Part shown: piece after piece, positions 18,739 to 29,700 of the stretch
How the letters are laid out: each line of letters starts with the position of its first letter
Numbering within the stretch: the stretch's first letter is position 1
From: a virus
IMG/VR virus record: IMGVR_UViG_3300013126_000019
Span: 1-64,000 of that record
Direction: 5' to 3' (one strand)
Length of the DNA stretch: 64,000 nt
Notes under the pieces: generated by a model
What the model was told of the DNA's origin: nothing
Database searches by the model: none
The model's input: the letters and a program-made list of their open reading frames with translations, nothing else
Program-made: the position numbers and the translations under genes

Positions 18739-21700
18739 TACTTACAGGCTTTAGTTTTTTGGTTAATAATAGTATTTATTTCTGATTGAGAAGGATTGAT
18801 ATCAGATAAGCTGATAGTTCTTTTTGTACTACTTACCGGTATTACCAGAGAGCTCCCAGCATTAGGATGTATCTTATTAAAGCCATCCCATTGATTAGTA
18901 TCGAGAGCGCCATTTTTAGCTTTTGGCTTAGCACTAAAAGATCCCGCATCAAAAGCTCCTAATGTAAGATCTTCTGGTTCAACACTGAAATCTTTCATAA
19001 TAGACTCAGCTTCTTTTTTTATACCATTAATACTACCAGTAAACTCTCTTACAATAGTATTACCTTTTTGGTCTTTGAATATAAAAACAATACTTGATCC
19101 AGAAAATCTACTATACTTGCTTTTGCCATCAGCACCTTTACTAAAAGTAAAACTTTGTGCTTTGACACCTGCTTTAGTTGTTAAGCAATAAGAAGCTTTG
19201 TACAAAGATTCTTGGGAATCCCAATTAATATCTGCAAATTTCCATTGTAAAAGTTTAGTGACAGCAATGTCATCATTACTAAGCTCTGATGCAATTTTGT
19301 ACTTAAGCTTTACAGTATTTTCACCTTGAGCATTTTGCGGCATGAATTGGAATACAGGTACATAATCTGTTGGTTTAATGTCATAGGTACCTATTCTCTT
19401 TTTAAATACTTCTCTTGCTTCATTTAACTTTTCAGTAGTAGTATATCTACTAAGGTCACCACCTACATCATCCATGATATAGAAATGTGCAACACCAACT
19501 GTATTATCAAAAGTCATTTGACCCACGCGATCTCTAGTTGAGTTACTTGGTCCGGCAAGGTATTCAAATCCTACATCATTAAACCATTGATTACGGTACA
19601 TTAATAAACTATCAGTACCAGAACCTTGACCATCTTTAACAGCACCTAAACTTTGAAAATAAGTATTTTCTTGTATATATGCTAGGCGGTCTTCATTATC
19701 CTTAATTGCTTGAGCGTTTGCAACATCTTCAACAGTCTCTTCTTTAACATTTGATATATCATAAAGACCGTATTTAATAAACCCTCGCATTATTGTTTGC
19801 TTATAAGCATCAGATACGGGTAACCAGTACATAGTATTATCAATAGCATTGCCAACACTCCATGTTGGTTTTGCCATATCTTCTTCCACTGTTGAATTAA
19901 CACCCATATCAAAACCTGCAACACCTGTATAAAGACCAGAGGCCATACTCATTGCAATAAGAACATTTCTAAGTCTTTTGATAATTCTTCTTATGATACC
20001 ATCTTTCTTAGTTTTGGGTGCTTGATCTAAATTTGTTTTAGCTCTTCCAAGAGTAGTACTACTAAAATATCTAGTGACTGCATTTTTAATATCTGTAATG
20101 ATTTCAGTCACAGATTTCTTTTCTTTATCAGCTATCTCTTGAAGTTCTTCAGCTGTAGCCTCTTCTTTTACAAGTTCCTCTATAGGTGCAGCTAATTGAT
20201 TTGCTAGATTACCCACAGCATCCTTACCATCAGTATTATTAATAGATTCAGATAATACAGTCATTGGGCTTTTAGAACTGTTAGCCTCAAATTTATTATA
20301 CTCATCATCAGCCATACCAAGACCTTCTTGCAGGTCAACAAGTTTTCTAACTTTAGCATCTGTAAAGCCAGTCATATCTTTAGCAAGAATCTCAAGATAT
20401 CTATATGAATCTTCAGATAGCTTGCTCATTAATACTCTAAACTCACGGTTAGTTAAGAAGTAAGCTGCAACTTGGTGTGCAGGATTCTTATCTAATATAT
20501 AGTTGAGTTTATCTAAAGTATCTTGGTATGGGTAGCCTTCTGCAATCTTTTGTCCTAGTATAGTTTTGATAGCCTCAATTCTAACTTTAGCTTTATTATC
20601 AAAACGCTCCATTGCAATACCCTTAACTTTGCTATCAATATATTGATGTATAAGTTTATGTAGGGTAATTTCCATAGGACTAGAGTAACCAAGTAATACA
20701 GAGTCACCAAACTTAGTACCAGCGGTATCTAGGTTTCTAATAGTTTCCGGGCTAATAGCAAAACCGTTAGCAGAGAAAAATTGGGAAAATCCATAAGTGT
20801 TTAAAAGATCTGTTATAAAATCTGATAACTGATTCAAGCTGTTATCTTCTCTTTCTAGACCTGTTACTGTTATGGATGGTAAAGTATCAATAGGAGTTAT
20901 AGCAGACTTTTCTCTTCTCTTTGCTACATTCTGATATGTATTTTTTACAATAGTCCCTAGCTTACGCATAAACTTAAGTACTCTATCTAATAAAGTCTTA
21001 AGCTTTTCACGTACTTTACCTGTTGTATTTTTATGTGCTCGGCGAAGTTTCTCATATGCATTATTCATAGCCGGTACCATTCTACCATAGCTTGTTTGCA
21101 TAGATTCTCTAAGCTTAGTAGAGGCTTCTCTAATATCATTAAGAGTTTGCTTAGCTCTTTCTGTTAGAGGTGCGACCTTACCTTCAGTAGCTTTACGCTC
21201 AATTTCATTAAGCTCATTCTCTACTTCTGTTGTAGCATTATCAACCCCAGACATACCCTCATTAACATCATCTCTAGTTTCAGGATTTTTATTGATGTCG
21301 TCATTTACTTCTTGCTCCTCAGTCTTTTCTGGTTCTGTTTGAGTAGTTGTAGTCGTTGTAGTTGTTGACCCCGCTTTTTTCTTAAGTACTGGAAGTTGTA
21401 TGTTAACTGTATTATTTGCCTGATTCCACATCACACGTGCAGTAGGCATAAGAGCTAATACCTTTTCTTTTATCTTATCAAATTCTTCTCTAGTTGCAAC
21501 ATTTATTTCAGTATACAAAGCTTCTTTCTCTTCTTGAGTCTTTGCATTTTGAAGACCTTCTTTTGAAGCCTGATTTAAAGTAATACTATTTGTAACAGGA
21601 TTGTCACTTGCATCTGTAAGAATTTCATAACCTCTATCAAGTTGTTGTGAGTAAACGCGAAGACCCTCTAAAGATATATTAGTTGTTTCAGTATACTCAT

Positions 21701-24700
21701 GATCAGCAGGAAGTCTAGACTGAACTTCAGACAGCATAGTTTTAAATGCCTCTTTATTAGCGGACTCATTAGACATTTTAGAAGTCCATCTGTTTGTTGG
21801 CTTTCCGTTTTCATATATCCGCACATACCCTACATAATCATTATTACTTGTTCCTGACATAAGTACATCAACAAGACCTGATGCATCACCAGTATACTCA
21901 GCTATACCTATACCATTTACTTCTGAGTAGTTAGAAATAGTAGAACCTGCAATACCACCTCCAATAGCTTGTGCAAACTCTGTTGTCTCAGGGAATAAAT
22001 CTGTGTTTCTAGTAGCTTGTGTGTCTATAGAAGTACTATCTTGAGTTTCTACAGGCTTGTTATACTTTGCTTCAATCTCATCAATCCTATCTTGTACAGG
22101 TTGTAAAGCATCTCTTAATGGTTGTAGGTTAGGTGTTGTATCATTTAAGATAGCTGTGATCCAAAAAGGTTTTGGTGATCCGCCTTTAGCAACGTCCTCT
22201 GCTGTAACATTTTGAAATAACACAGCTGTAAGTTTACCACTTGGATCCCTTGCCACATTAAGCTTACCACCATATGTTAAGTTAAAAGTTTTATTAGCAC
22301 CAAATGGATAATCTTCTTTAGGACCAAATATTTCTGGCATTGTTAGCTTTTCAGCCTCAGCAATGATTATTGCATCCTGCATTTCAGTTTGAACAATACT
22401 TTCTTTTTGAAGGGTTATAGCTGTATTGACAATATCACCATAAACTTGCATAATCTCATGCTGTCTAGGTGTAAGATCTTGACCGTTTTCCTTTCTAGTT
22501 TTAATATCTGTGAGGATATCATCTGAAACATTATTAGTTTCTCTAAATGTTCTTAGGTCATCATCTGAAATAACCTCTACACCAGCTTGTACATTTGTAC
22601 CATTTGCTGCAGTAGAACCAGGTTGTTGAGATTGAGCGTTAGGATTTACTCTTCCTGTTTGACTATTTATATTATTTATAAGGATATTAGCAACGGGATC
22701 TGTTGTAACAAACTTTTTAAAGTCATCTTCAGTTGGAGCAAATGATGGATCTTGCGCTGTCTTTTGTTTAACAATGTCATCATAATACATTTTTAAAGCT
22801 TGGGCATATTCGGGGATACCGACTATTTCCTCAAAAGGCATGTCTTGTGTAACCGGTACGCCTGTAGGAGTAGGGTTAGTTGAAGAACCTCCAGTAGCTG
22901 GAGTACTTCCAGCCATATTTGCATTAGGATCAATATTAAATGCTGTAAGGTCTACAGCTTCATCAAGTAATGTTTGTTTTGTGCTAGGAGCTAATTTAAA
23001 AATCTTGGTAAAAAAATCACTTAAAGCTTTTTTAAATTCTTGCCATAAAGACTTTGGTGCCGCTCTTTCACCAGTATACTCAATTGTTCTAAGAGTCATC
23101 TGAAAATTCAGATTAGTCAAAGCTTCACTAATGAAGTTTTCCACTGAGTCTAAACCCAAAGGCATTTGAGAAAAGTTATTATCTTTATCTAATATGTTTT
23201 GCTTAGCTATGTTTAATAGGTTTTGAGCTTTTGCTTTAAAAGTATCATTCTTTTCAAACTCTGTACTAACAATACCTTTTAAGATACCACTAAGTATAAT
23301 AGGCTCAGCTTTGAGAATACCACCAGAGTAGTCTATAGATACGTATCTTAAATCTATCAATACACCTGTTGCTTCAGAATAGCTAACAGGCTGTGAAAGG
23401 TTTCTAACAAAGGTTACTCTTGCAGCACTACTTACTAAACTTTTAAGTCTTTTAGCAAGCAGCTTTTCAGCAGGCGTAGCCTGTGGACTTCTTGACAAAG
23501 CTTCTAATACATCTTCTGTAGATGAATAAGATTCAGTAGTATCCTCAGAAGCACCGTATTGCTTAGATAATGTAGACATGTTTCTGATATCATCTTTTGA
23601 CCGTTTGACTCTTGTCATAGTATCAAAAGGTTGAAACTCTGGAATTAGTTTACCACTTAGAGTTTTACCAGTTGTCCTTTCAAATTTATCTATTTCAGCT
23701 AATAGATCTTTATACTTAGGGCTTGTGTGATCAAGCTCTTCCATAGTAGTAGAATCAATAAAAGCTTCTGGTAATACCGAATCATCTTCAAAAGCCTGAG
23801 CATACTTAGGGTCATAGAAAATCCCCTTATGCATTAAATTATTTAAAAATGCATTTAAATCTTTTTTATGCTGTAGTTCATCAAATATCTTGGTGTTATT
23901 TTCCTTGTGCATTTTATGCACATTCTCTAAGGCTTGTTTAATCCTACCATGATGTGCTTCAAATCCTGCAGGATCATAAAGCATATTTAATGAATCAATG
24001 CTATTAGAAAAATCTGCACCATGATCTATCATCTCTCTTAGTGAATCAAACACATCATCAATATTTTCTGATAATGGTGTTTCACTAACTTCAGAAGCCA
24101 TACTTTTTATAACATCAAAGAAAGCATCTCTTAGATCTGTAGCATGACTTTCAATTTTATCTGTAACAGGGTCTATAGTTTGATCTGTTTCCCCATCTTT
24201 TTTCTTTTGGTACCTATTTCTTACATAATCAGCAGGAGCGTTTTTCTTAGCATCCTCATACAATTCATAAGCTGATAAGTATTTATTTAACAGCTCTAGT
24301 CTATTATCAATCTGTGCAAGTCTAGCTGCAGCCTTATCCGAAGTAGTAGCAGTTTGTTCATAAGCAATACGCTCTTTATTAAGCATATCAATCTCAGTCT
24401 TGATTCCATTATTAGTTAAAATGCTAGTGAACTGGGTACCTGAAATATTAGAAATAGGTTTTATCTTACCAGCTTTATCAAGTAAATCTGCAATATACTG
24501 TTGAGCAAGTACTGTATTTGTTTTTAAGAAAGCTAAATCAAATTTAACTTCCTCTACTGCTAAATACTTATATGCTTCCTCATTATATTTTTCCGGCTCT
24601 TTGGTTCTATCAAAGTTAAATGGATTGTAACGGTTTTCTATTTTCTCAGCTTCTTTAAAGCTTTTCTCCATTACATCTACCTTACTAAGAATATTTTCAA

Positions 24701-26783
24701 CTCTATCTCTTAGTGGTTTGTTATTAGCGTCACCCTCAAGTTTGTATCCAGCAAACGCTGCTTGAAGATCTTCATCAGACATTTTGAGATACTCTTTAAA
24801 GGTATCTCTTAGTAAGTCTACCTGACCAGCTTTAAATAAGGTTTGTATACGTTTTAGTAATTGGGCGTCTTGACTAACCTTAGCTTGTTTATTGTCTCCA
24901 GCATTTTGAGAAGCAAACACATGCTCATAAAAATTAACTTGGTGAGCCAAGTCATTTTCCATAGCATTAAAGTATGACATTGGATCGGTGTCTAGATCAG
25001 TAACTATATCAGTCATCTGTTTTCTAAACTCTGCTCTTTTTTCTTTTGCAGTACTATAATCTTTACTAATACCGGTTTTATCTGCAATAATCATTGGAGC
25101 TTTATACATTGACCAGTTAAGTGCCTTACTGTATGTACCTAATCCTCCACCAATAGCAAATCCGCTTAAGAATGTTTGTAAACCTTGAGTTGTAAATTGT
25201 TCTTGAATACCCTTAGACATAGAAGCTCTTAGACCCTTGGCCTGAGCAATATCAGGTGTGTTATATAGTGTTGTGTAATAATCTGTGTAGGCAATATTTA
25301 GCATCTCCTGAGCATTTTCTTGGAGACCCTCCATACTACTACCTAAAGCAAAATTTGAAAATCTGCTAGGCGCTGTTTGTAGATAGTGTTTATAAAAAAG
25401 CTTACCCTCTTTAGAAAACGGTAATACAGCTCTTCTTAAATTTTTACCAACACCATTCTCAAGAAAAACTCTCTTACCATTATCCATAACATACTTACCA
25501 CCAAGAGATTCACTTAGCTGTAAAAGTCTTGATGACTTAGGCAGCATTCTTCCTAACAAACTGTCAAATACAAATTTGTTAGTCATATAGATTACCATTG
25601 AATTCCAAGCTGTAGTTTCACCACCACCCTTTAATGCTAATTCATAGGCACGTTGAGCATCTTCTTGAGAAAGATTTGGATTTGCTTTTAAAATACCATC
25701 ATATATGTCATTCTGTGCAGTACCTCCTTCAACCCGCGCTTCCGATAAAGCCATGTTTATTTCAGAAGCATCTCTGAAAAAATCACCAAAGTAAGCTTTA
25801 TTTTTAGACAACTCCTCCATAGTTCTACCAGCTCTGACACCTTTATAGGTATCATATACATTACTTGTTGTTCTATAGAAAGGATTTATTAATGCGTTGG
25901 CTGTTTTTCCTGCACCAACTCCTGCAAACTTTGCAGCTTGCCAAAAGTCTTTAGCTCTATCTACAGTTTTTATTGTATTTAATAGTTCAGCACCAACTCT
26001 GATACTTCTACCTAAAGCACCTACATTACGTACAGTTCTTAAAAAGCTAACACCACCCGCTGATCCTTCTGATAAAGCTGTAATACCTACAAGAGCTGCT
26101 TCTTCTAAAGCAAATTCAGTAACAGCTCCCATGGAATATTGTAAAGAAGACATGGTATTAGCAGCACCACCCCAAAAACCACCTCTGTTAGTTTGATACA
26201 ACTCCATTGTATCTGTCATTAATCTTGCCGCAGCGGGATCTGTGGGTTTATTCCATTCAAACCAGTTAGTTGCTTGATCAACCATACCTGCTTTAAATAG
26301 TCTATTGGGGGCAACGGCTGTTTTAAAGTCTTCCCAGCCACTTGCATATCCTAAGTATCTATCTGTATTGTCTAAGTATGGTGAAAATCCAAGTCTATCA
26401 AATGCGGAATGATTATAAGCTTTTGCAAAATTTAAACCATTATTAGCAGCTCCGTATATACTTATTGCACCTGCTGATTTAGGATCATAAGAAAAGTTTC
26501 CATTATTTAAATAATCAGCTATGGATGATCCTGTAACATTATTATTTGGTCCGGTTAAACCGTTACCTCCAATATTCCTATAAGCCTGTGAAAGAGGTGT
26601 TGGAGTAAATTTACTAGTGTATAAATCAGGTAAGTTATTTGAGCTAAATGCTGGCACGTTAGCATCCGGTAATTGTGTACCTGAATTACTTTGAAAAACT
26701 GGCGGTGTCGCAAGTGATTGTGATAAATCCTCAGAAGTAAACAAAGGATTAGTAGCTTGAGTAGTTTCAGTATTTTCTTCCAT
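18738..26783 (-). CDS. giant virion cargo/ejection protein, multidomain, with hydrophobic segments
   Basis: 2681 aa; Gly/Ala-rich hydrophobic stretches (EEAALVGITALSEGSAGGVSFL, FLSGFAIGGGLG); two degenerate zincin-like regions; Thr/Pro/Gln linkers; lies in the cargo block upstream of the vRNAP. Confidence 0.65.
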   Translation of the reverse strand: MEENTETTQATNPLFTSEDLSQSLATPPVFQSNSGTQLPDANVPAFSSNNLPDLYTSKFTPTPLSQAYRNIGGNGLTGPNNNVTGSSIADYLNNGNFSYDPKSAGAISIYGAANNGLNFAKAYNHSAFDRLGFSPYLDNTDRYLGYASGWEDFKTAVAPNRLFKAGMVDQATNWFEWNKPTDPAAARLMTDTMELYQTNRGGFWGGAANTMSSLQYSMGAVTEFALEEAALVGITALSEGSAGGVSFLRTVRNVGALGRSIRVGAELLNTIKTVDRAKDFWQAAKFAGVGAGKTANALINPFYRTTSNVYDTYKGVRAGRTMEELSKNKAYFGDFFRDASEINMALSEARVEGGTAQNDIYDGILKANPNLSQEDAQRAYELALKGGGETTAWNSMVIYMTNKFVFDSLLGRMLPKSSRLLQLSESLGGKYVMDNGKRVFLENGVGKNLRRAVLPFSKEGKLFYKHYLQTAPSRFSNFALGSSMEGLQENAQEMLNIAYTDYYTTLYNTPDIAQAKGLRASMSKGIQEQFTTQGLQTFLSGFAIGGGLGTYSKALNWSMYKAPMIIADKTGISKDYSTAKEKRAEFRKQMTDIVTDLDTDPMSYFNAMENDLAHQVNFYEHVFASQNAGDNKQAKVSQDAQLLKRIQTLFKAGQVDLLRDTFKEYLKMSDEDLQAAFAGYKLEGDANNKPLRDRVENILSKVDVMEKSFKEAEKIENRYNPFNFDRTKEPEKYNEEAYKYLAVEEVKFDLAFLKTNTVLAQQYIADLLDKAGKIKPISNISGTQFTSILTNNGIKTEIDMLNKERIAYEQTATTSDKAAARLAQIDNRLELLNKYLSAYELYEDAKKNAPADYVRNRYQKKKDGETDQTIDPVTDKIESHATDLRDAFFDVIKSMASEVSETPLSENIDDVFDSLREMIDHGADFSNSIDSLNMLYDPAGFEAHHGRIKQALENVHKMHKENNTKIFDELQHKKDLNAFLNNLMHKGIFYDPKYAQAFEDDSVLPEAFIDSTTMEELDHTSPKYKDLLAEIDKFERTTGKTLSGKLIPEFQPFDTMTRVKRSKDDIRNMSTLSKQYGASEDTTESYSSTEDVLEALSRSPQATPAEKLLAKRLKSLVSSAARVTFVRNLSQPVSYSEATGVLIDLRYVSIDYSGGILKAEPIILSGILKGIVSTEFEKNDTFKAKAQNLLNIAKQNILDKDNNFSQMPLGLDSVENFISEALTNLNFQMTLRTIEYTGERAAPKSLWQEFKKALSDFFTKIFKLAPSTKQTLLDEAVDLTAFNIDPNANMAGSTPATGGSSTNPTPTGVPVTQDMPFEEIVGIPEYAQALKMYYDDIVKQKTAQDPSFAPTEDDFKKFVTTDPVANILINNINSQTGRVNPNAQSQQPGSTAANGTNVQAGVEVISDDDLRTFRETNNVSDDILTDIKTRKENGQDLTPRQHEIMQVYGDIVNTAITLQKESIVQTEMQDAIIIAEAEKLTMPEIFGPKEDYPFGANKTFNLTYGGKLNVARDPSGKLTAVLFQNVTAEDVAKGGSPKPFWITAILNDTTPNLQPLRDALQPVQDRIDEIEAKYNKPVETQDSTSIDTQATRNTDLFPETTEFAQAIGGGIAGSTISNYSEVNGIGIAEYTGDASGLVDVLMSGTSNNDYVGYVRIYENGKPTNRWTSKMSNESANKEAFKTMLSEVQSRLPADHEYTETTNISLEGLRVYSQQLDRGYEILTDASDNPVTNSITLNQASKEGLQNAKTQEEKEALYTEINVATREEFDKIKEKVLALMPTARVMWNQANNTVNIQLPVLKKKAGSTTTTTTTTQTEPEKTEEQEVNDDINKNPETRDDVNEGMSGVDNATTEVENELNEIERKATEGKVAPLTERAKQTLNDIREASTKLRESMQTSYGRMVPAMNNAYEKLRRAHKNTTGKVREKLKTLLDRVLKFMRKLGTIVKNTYQNVAKRREKSAITPIDTLPSITVTGLEREDNSLNQLSDFITDLLNTYGFSQFFSANGFAISPETIRNLDTAGTKFGDSVLLGYSSPMEITLHKLIHQYIDSKVKGIAMERFDNKAKVRIEAIKTILGQKIAEGYPYQDTLDKLNYILDKNPAHQVAAYFLTNREFRVLMSKLSEDSYRYLEILAKDMTGFTDAKVRKLVDLQEGLGMADDEYNKFEANSSKSPMTVLSESINNTDGKDAVGNLANQLAAPIEELVKEEATAEELQEIADKEKKSVTEIITDIKNAVTRYFSSTTLGRAKTNLDQAPKTKKDGIIRRIIKRLRNVLIAMSMASGLYTGVAGFDMGVNSTVEEDMAKPTWSVGNAIDNTMYWLPVSDAYKQTIMRGFIKYGLYDISNVKEETVEDVANAQAIKDNEDRLAYIQENTYFQSLGAVKDGQGSGTDSLLMYRNQWFNDVGFEYLAGPSNSTRDRVGQMTFDNTVGVAHFYIMDDVGGDLSRYTTTEKLNEAREVFKKRIGTYDIKPTDYVPVFQFMPQNAQGENTVKLKYKIASELSNDDIAVTKLLQWKFADINWDSQESLYKASYCLTTKAGVKAQSFTFSKGADGKSKYSRFSGSSIVFIFKDQKGNTIVREFTGSINGIKKEAESIMKDFSVEPEDLTLGAFDAGSFSAKPKAKNGALDTNQWDGFNKIHPNAGSSLVIPVSSTKRTISLSDINPSQSEINTIINQKTKACK

Positions 26784-29700
26784 TATTTACTTTTCTTATA
26801 ATATTGATTCCATGTGCGGAAATCATTAATTAGTTGTTGGTTCCTAACTTCTAATAACTGTTCAGTTGTTTTTTTCCAAATTCCAAGATTGTCATTTTCT
26901 CCTAATACTGTATTTATAATTCCATTAGGATCTTGTATAACACTTCCTGTGTTAGGATCAATCATGTTTATCTGACCTGCTGCAATATACGATTGTGTAG
27001 GTTGATCAAATCTTATAGTTGCATTACCTGAAAATCTTTGACGACCAACATCATTATAGTTAATATTAATAGGTCCTACATTTCTAACGTAATCTTTATA
27101 AACGTCACCTTTTTTAAGCTGTGTCATAAACTCGTTATTAAAACTTCCAGAAGGTACCATTAAGGTATATTCTCTTGCATCAGATAAACTAGATGAAGAT
27201 ACTTCTGAAGCTTGTTCTTCTTGAGTTAATTCTTTAGACGCACTTTCTTTAAGACCTTTAATATATCCACCATCAACTCTAAAAGTAAGTGCATCAAAAC
27301 CTGAGCCTGCAACATTAAATCTTACATCCATTAAAGCACGAGGTCTTGTAGCTTGATTACTTTTCCAAGAACCGGCGTTACTCATATCTGTGCGTAATTG
27401 CTGTAATACTTGATAGGCTTCATCATTAAAGTCTTTTCCTAACACATCATTAATATCAAAATCATCACCACCACTAAGCTTACCAGAAAATAATGTAAAT
27501 GACCCATCATTTTTTTTATGAGTTTGCATATAGTTTTCTAAATCTGTAAAGACTTGTCTATAATCAGAGTTCCCTGGATTTTTAGCATAAGCACCATCAA
27601 TATCTGACCTATATACTTTTCCCACCAAGCCTCCTCCTGCATTACTGCCGTATAAAGTACTCGTAAGAGTTTTTAATTTTTCTATATTATTAGGATCTTC
27701 TCCTCTTGCCAATGCTGCAGCTTGATCAACAGCACCACCAATTGTGTTCCATGTTTTATTATATGTCTTTGATATTACGTCAAATCTATTATTAAGAGTT
27801 TCTTCAAGATTTTTTGTTTTATAACCTCTTTCCGCATCATTTGCACTAACACGCTCACCATTCCATTTATATAATATAGGTGCTCCACCACTAGTAGTCA
27901 TACTACCAAAAGGTCCATTATCTGACATAGATGAATAGCTTGCCATACCCGGTCCTTGAAAGTAAGCTTTCATTTTTTTAGTATAGTACTCTTTTCCATA
28001 CTCTTGAGCATCATCCCATAAATCACCACTTTCTTTTTTAGGATTCTCTTTTTTTAATGTGTTGTATCTTTCATTAATAGCTTGGTTAGTTTCAACTAAA
28101 ATATTTTTTTCTATTGTAGGATCAACATCAGAATACTTTACATGAAATTGGTCACCTCTTTTTTCAACATCAATTCTTGCAGGTAATACTGATGTAATAG
28201 GACCTACCGCTTGTAATGTTCTTTTTGATACAAGCTCATTGTTATACGCCTGGTTTTCACGGGCTACTCTTAATAAAGCTAAATTCAGTTCTGATTGATC
28301 TAAACTTGAATATATCTGATTCATATTAAGTTTAGACTTTAATATTGAAAGTACTGCAGAATCACCAAGTGCAGATTTTAAATTAGCCACATTCTTTTCC
28401 AAAAAAGATGGTTGATAATCACCTTTATCATTTTTAGATGGGTCAGAAAAAGATACTCCAGAAAGATCAACTTGATTTTTATATAAATTAAACCAATTAG
28501 CGTATTCTTGATTGCTTGCTTTAAGTGCGGCTTGTCCCTGTCCAGGTTTTAAATAAGCACTAAATGCTTTAAGAATTGCTTCTCTTGCAACAAGAGCTTC
28601 ATCTGGATTAGATCCTACAGCAGTTTCATAAAGTTTATCAAGTGTTGTAGCAAAACTTTGTAATATAGGTGCAGTAATATTTTCGTATGCAGCTACCTCA
28701 CCTTCTACAATACTTTTAATAGAATTTCCTGTTAACTGTTCACCATCTGTACCAGAACCTCCTGGTGTAACAGTAAGCTCATCACCTAATAACCAACCAT
28801 CTTGAGAATATGGATTCCTTTGATCAATACCGTTATTACCTTTTCCACTGCCACTGCCGCTACCTTTTCCCTGACTGTCACCATAGTAATCTTTAAGGTA
28901 CATCTCATATTCCATTTCAGAAACATTAAGCTGAGATTGTAATTGCATTTTAGCCTGATCAATTTGAGCTTGAAGCAACATGTTAGATCTGTCTAATGCA
29001 TTGTCAAATGCAGCCTTAGCATATGGATCAGCATCAATTTTTATTTCTTTATTTAACTCAGCATAGTTCATAGCTGTGTTATAAAGCTTTTCAGATAATA
29101 AATCACGTGCTACAGCTACATCTGCACGATTTCTTAATGAACCAAAATCACTAGCTTTTAAAACTTCAGGATTAGTTATTTGTAATGTTTCATTATGAAA
29201 CTGTGCTGCACCTTCTTCTACTTGTGCTTGCTCTTCATTATTTCCTAAAATATTATTAAGAGTTTTATCAGGATCATAAATGTCACCATTAGCAATTGCA
29301 TTACTAATAACTTTAGTTTTAGCTTTTGCTACTTTAGCATTTGTTGTGGCTTGCTCTTGAAATCTTTGAGCTTGAACATTAACCTGATTTAAAATGTTGT
29401 TAAGGTACTGGGTTTCAGCATTTTGCTCTCCACCCATTGCTTGAGCATTTTGAGAAACAAAATCCTTTCTTTTTAAATAAGCTTCTGTTTGAGCTACTTT
29501 AATAACTCTAGGATCATTACCATACATATTAAGAAGGTAATTATAAAGAGGAGCCATTGTCATAGGTCCTCCCTTACCTTGAATAATATACTTACCATCG
29601 GGCGTCCATGTAGGATTAATTCCCATTGGAAAGTCCATTTTATCCAACTGATCAGAAGCAAGCTTTGTAATATTTAGATAGGGTGTGTACTCAGGCTTAG

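Noticed and set aside
6543-18746. Terminal Cys as split-intein or protein-splicing signals
   Set aside because: No HINT blocks or C-terminal His-Asn seen, and the Cys are not at residue 1 or at the very last residue.
21335-21370. (GTT/GTA)n-like simple repeat
   Set aside because: Encodes a poly-Thr linker within the 2681-aa protein; not an independent element.
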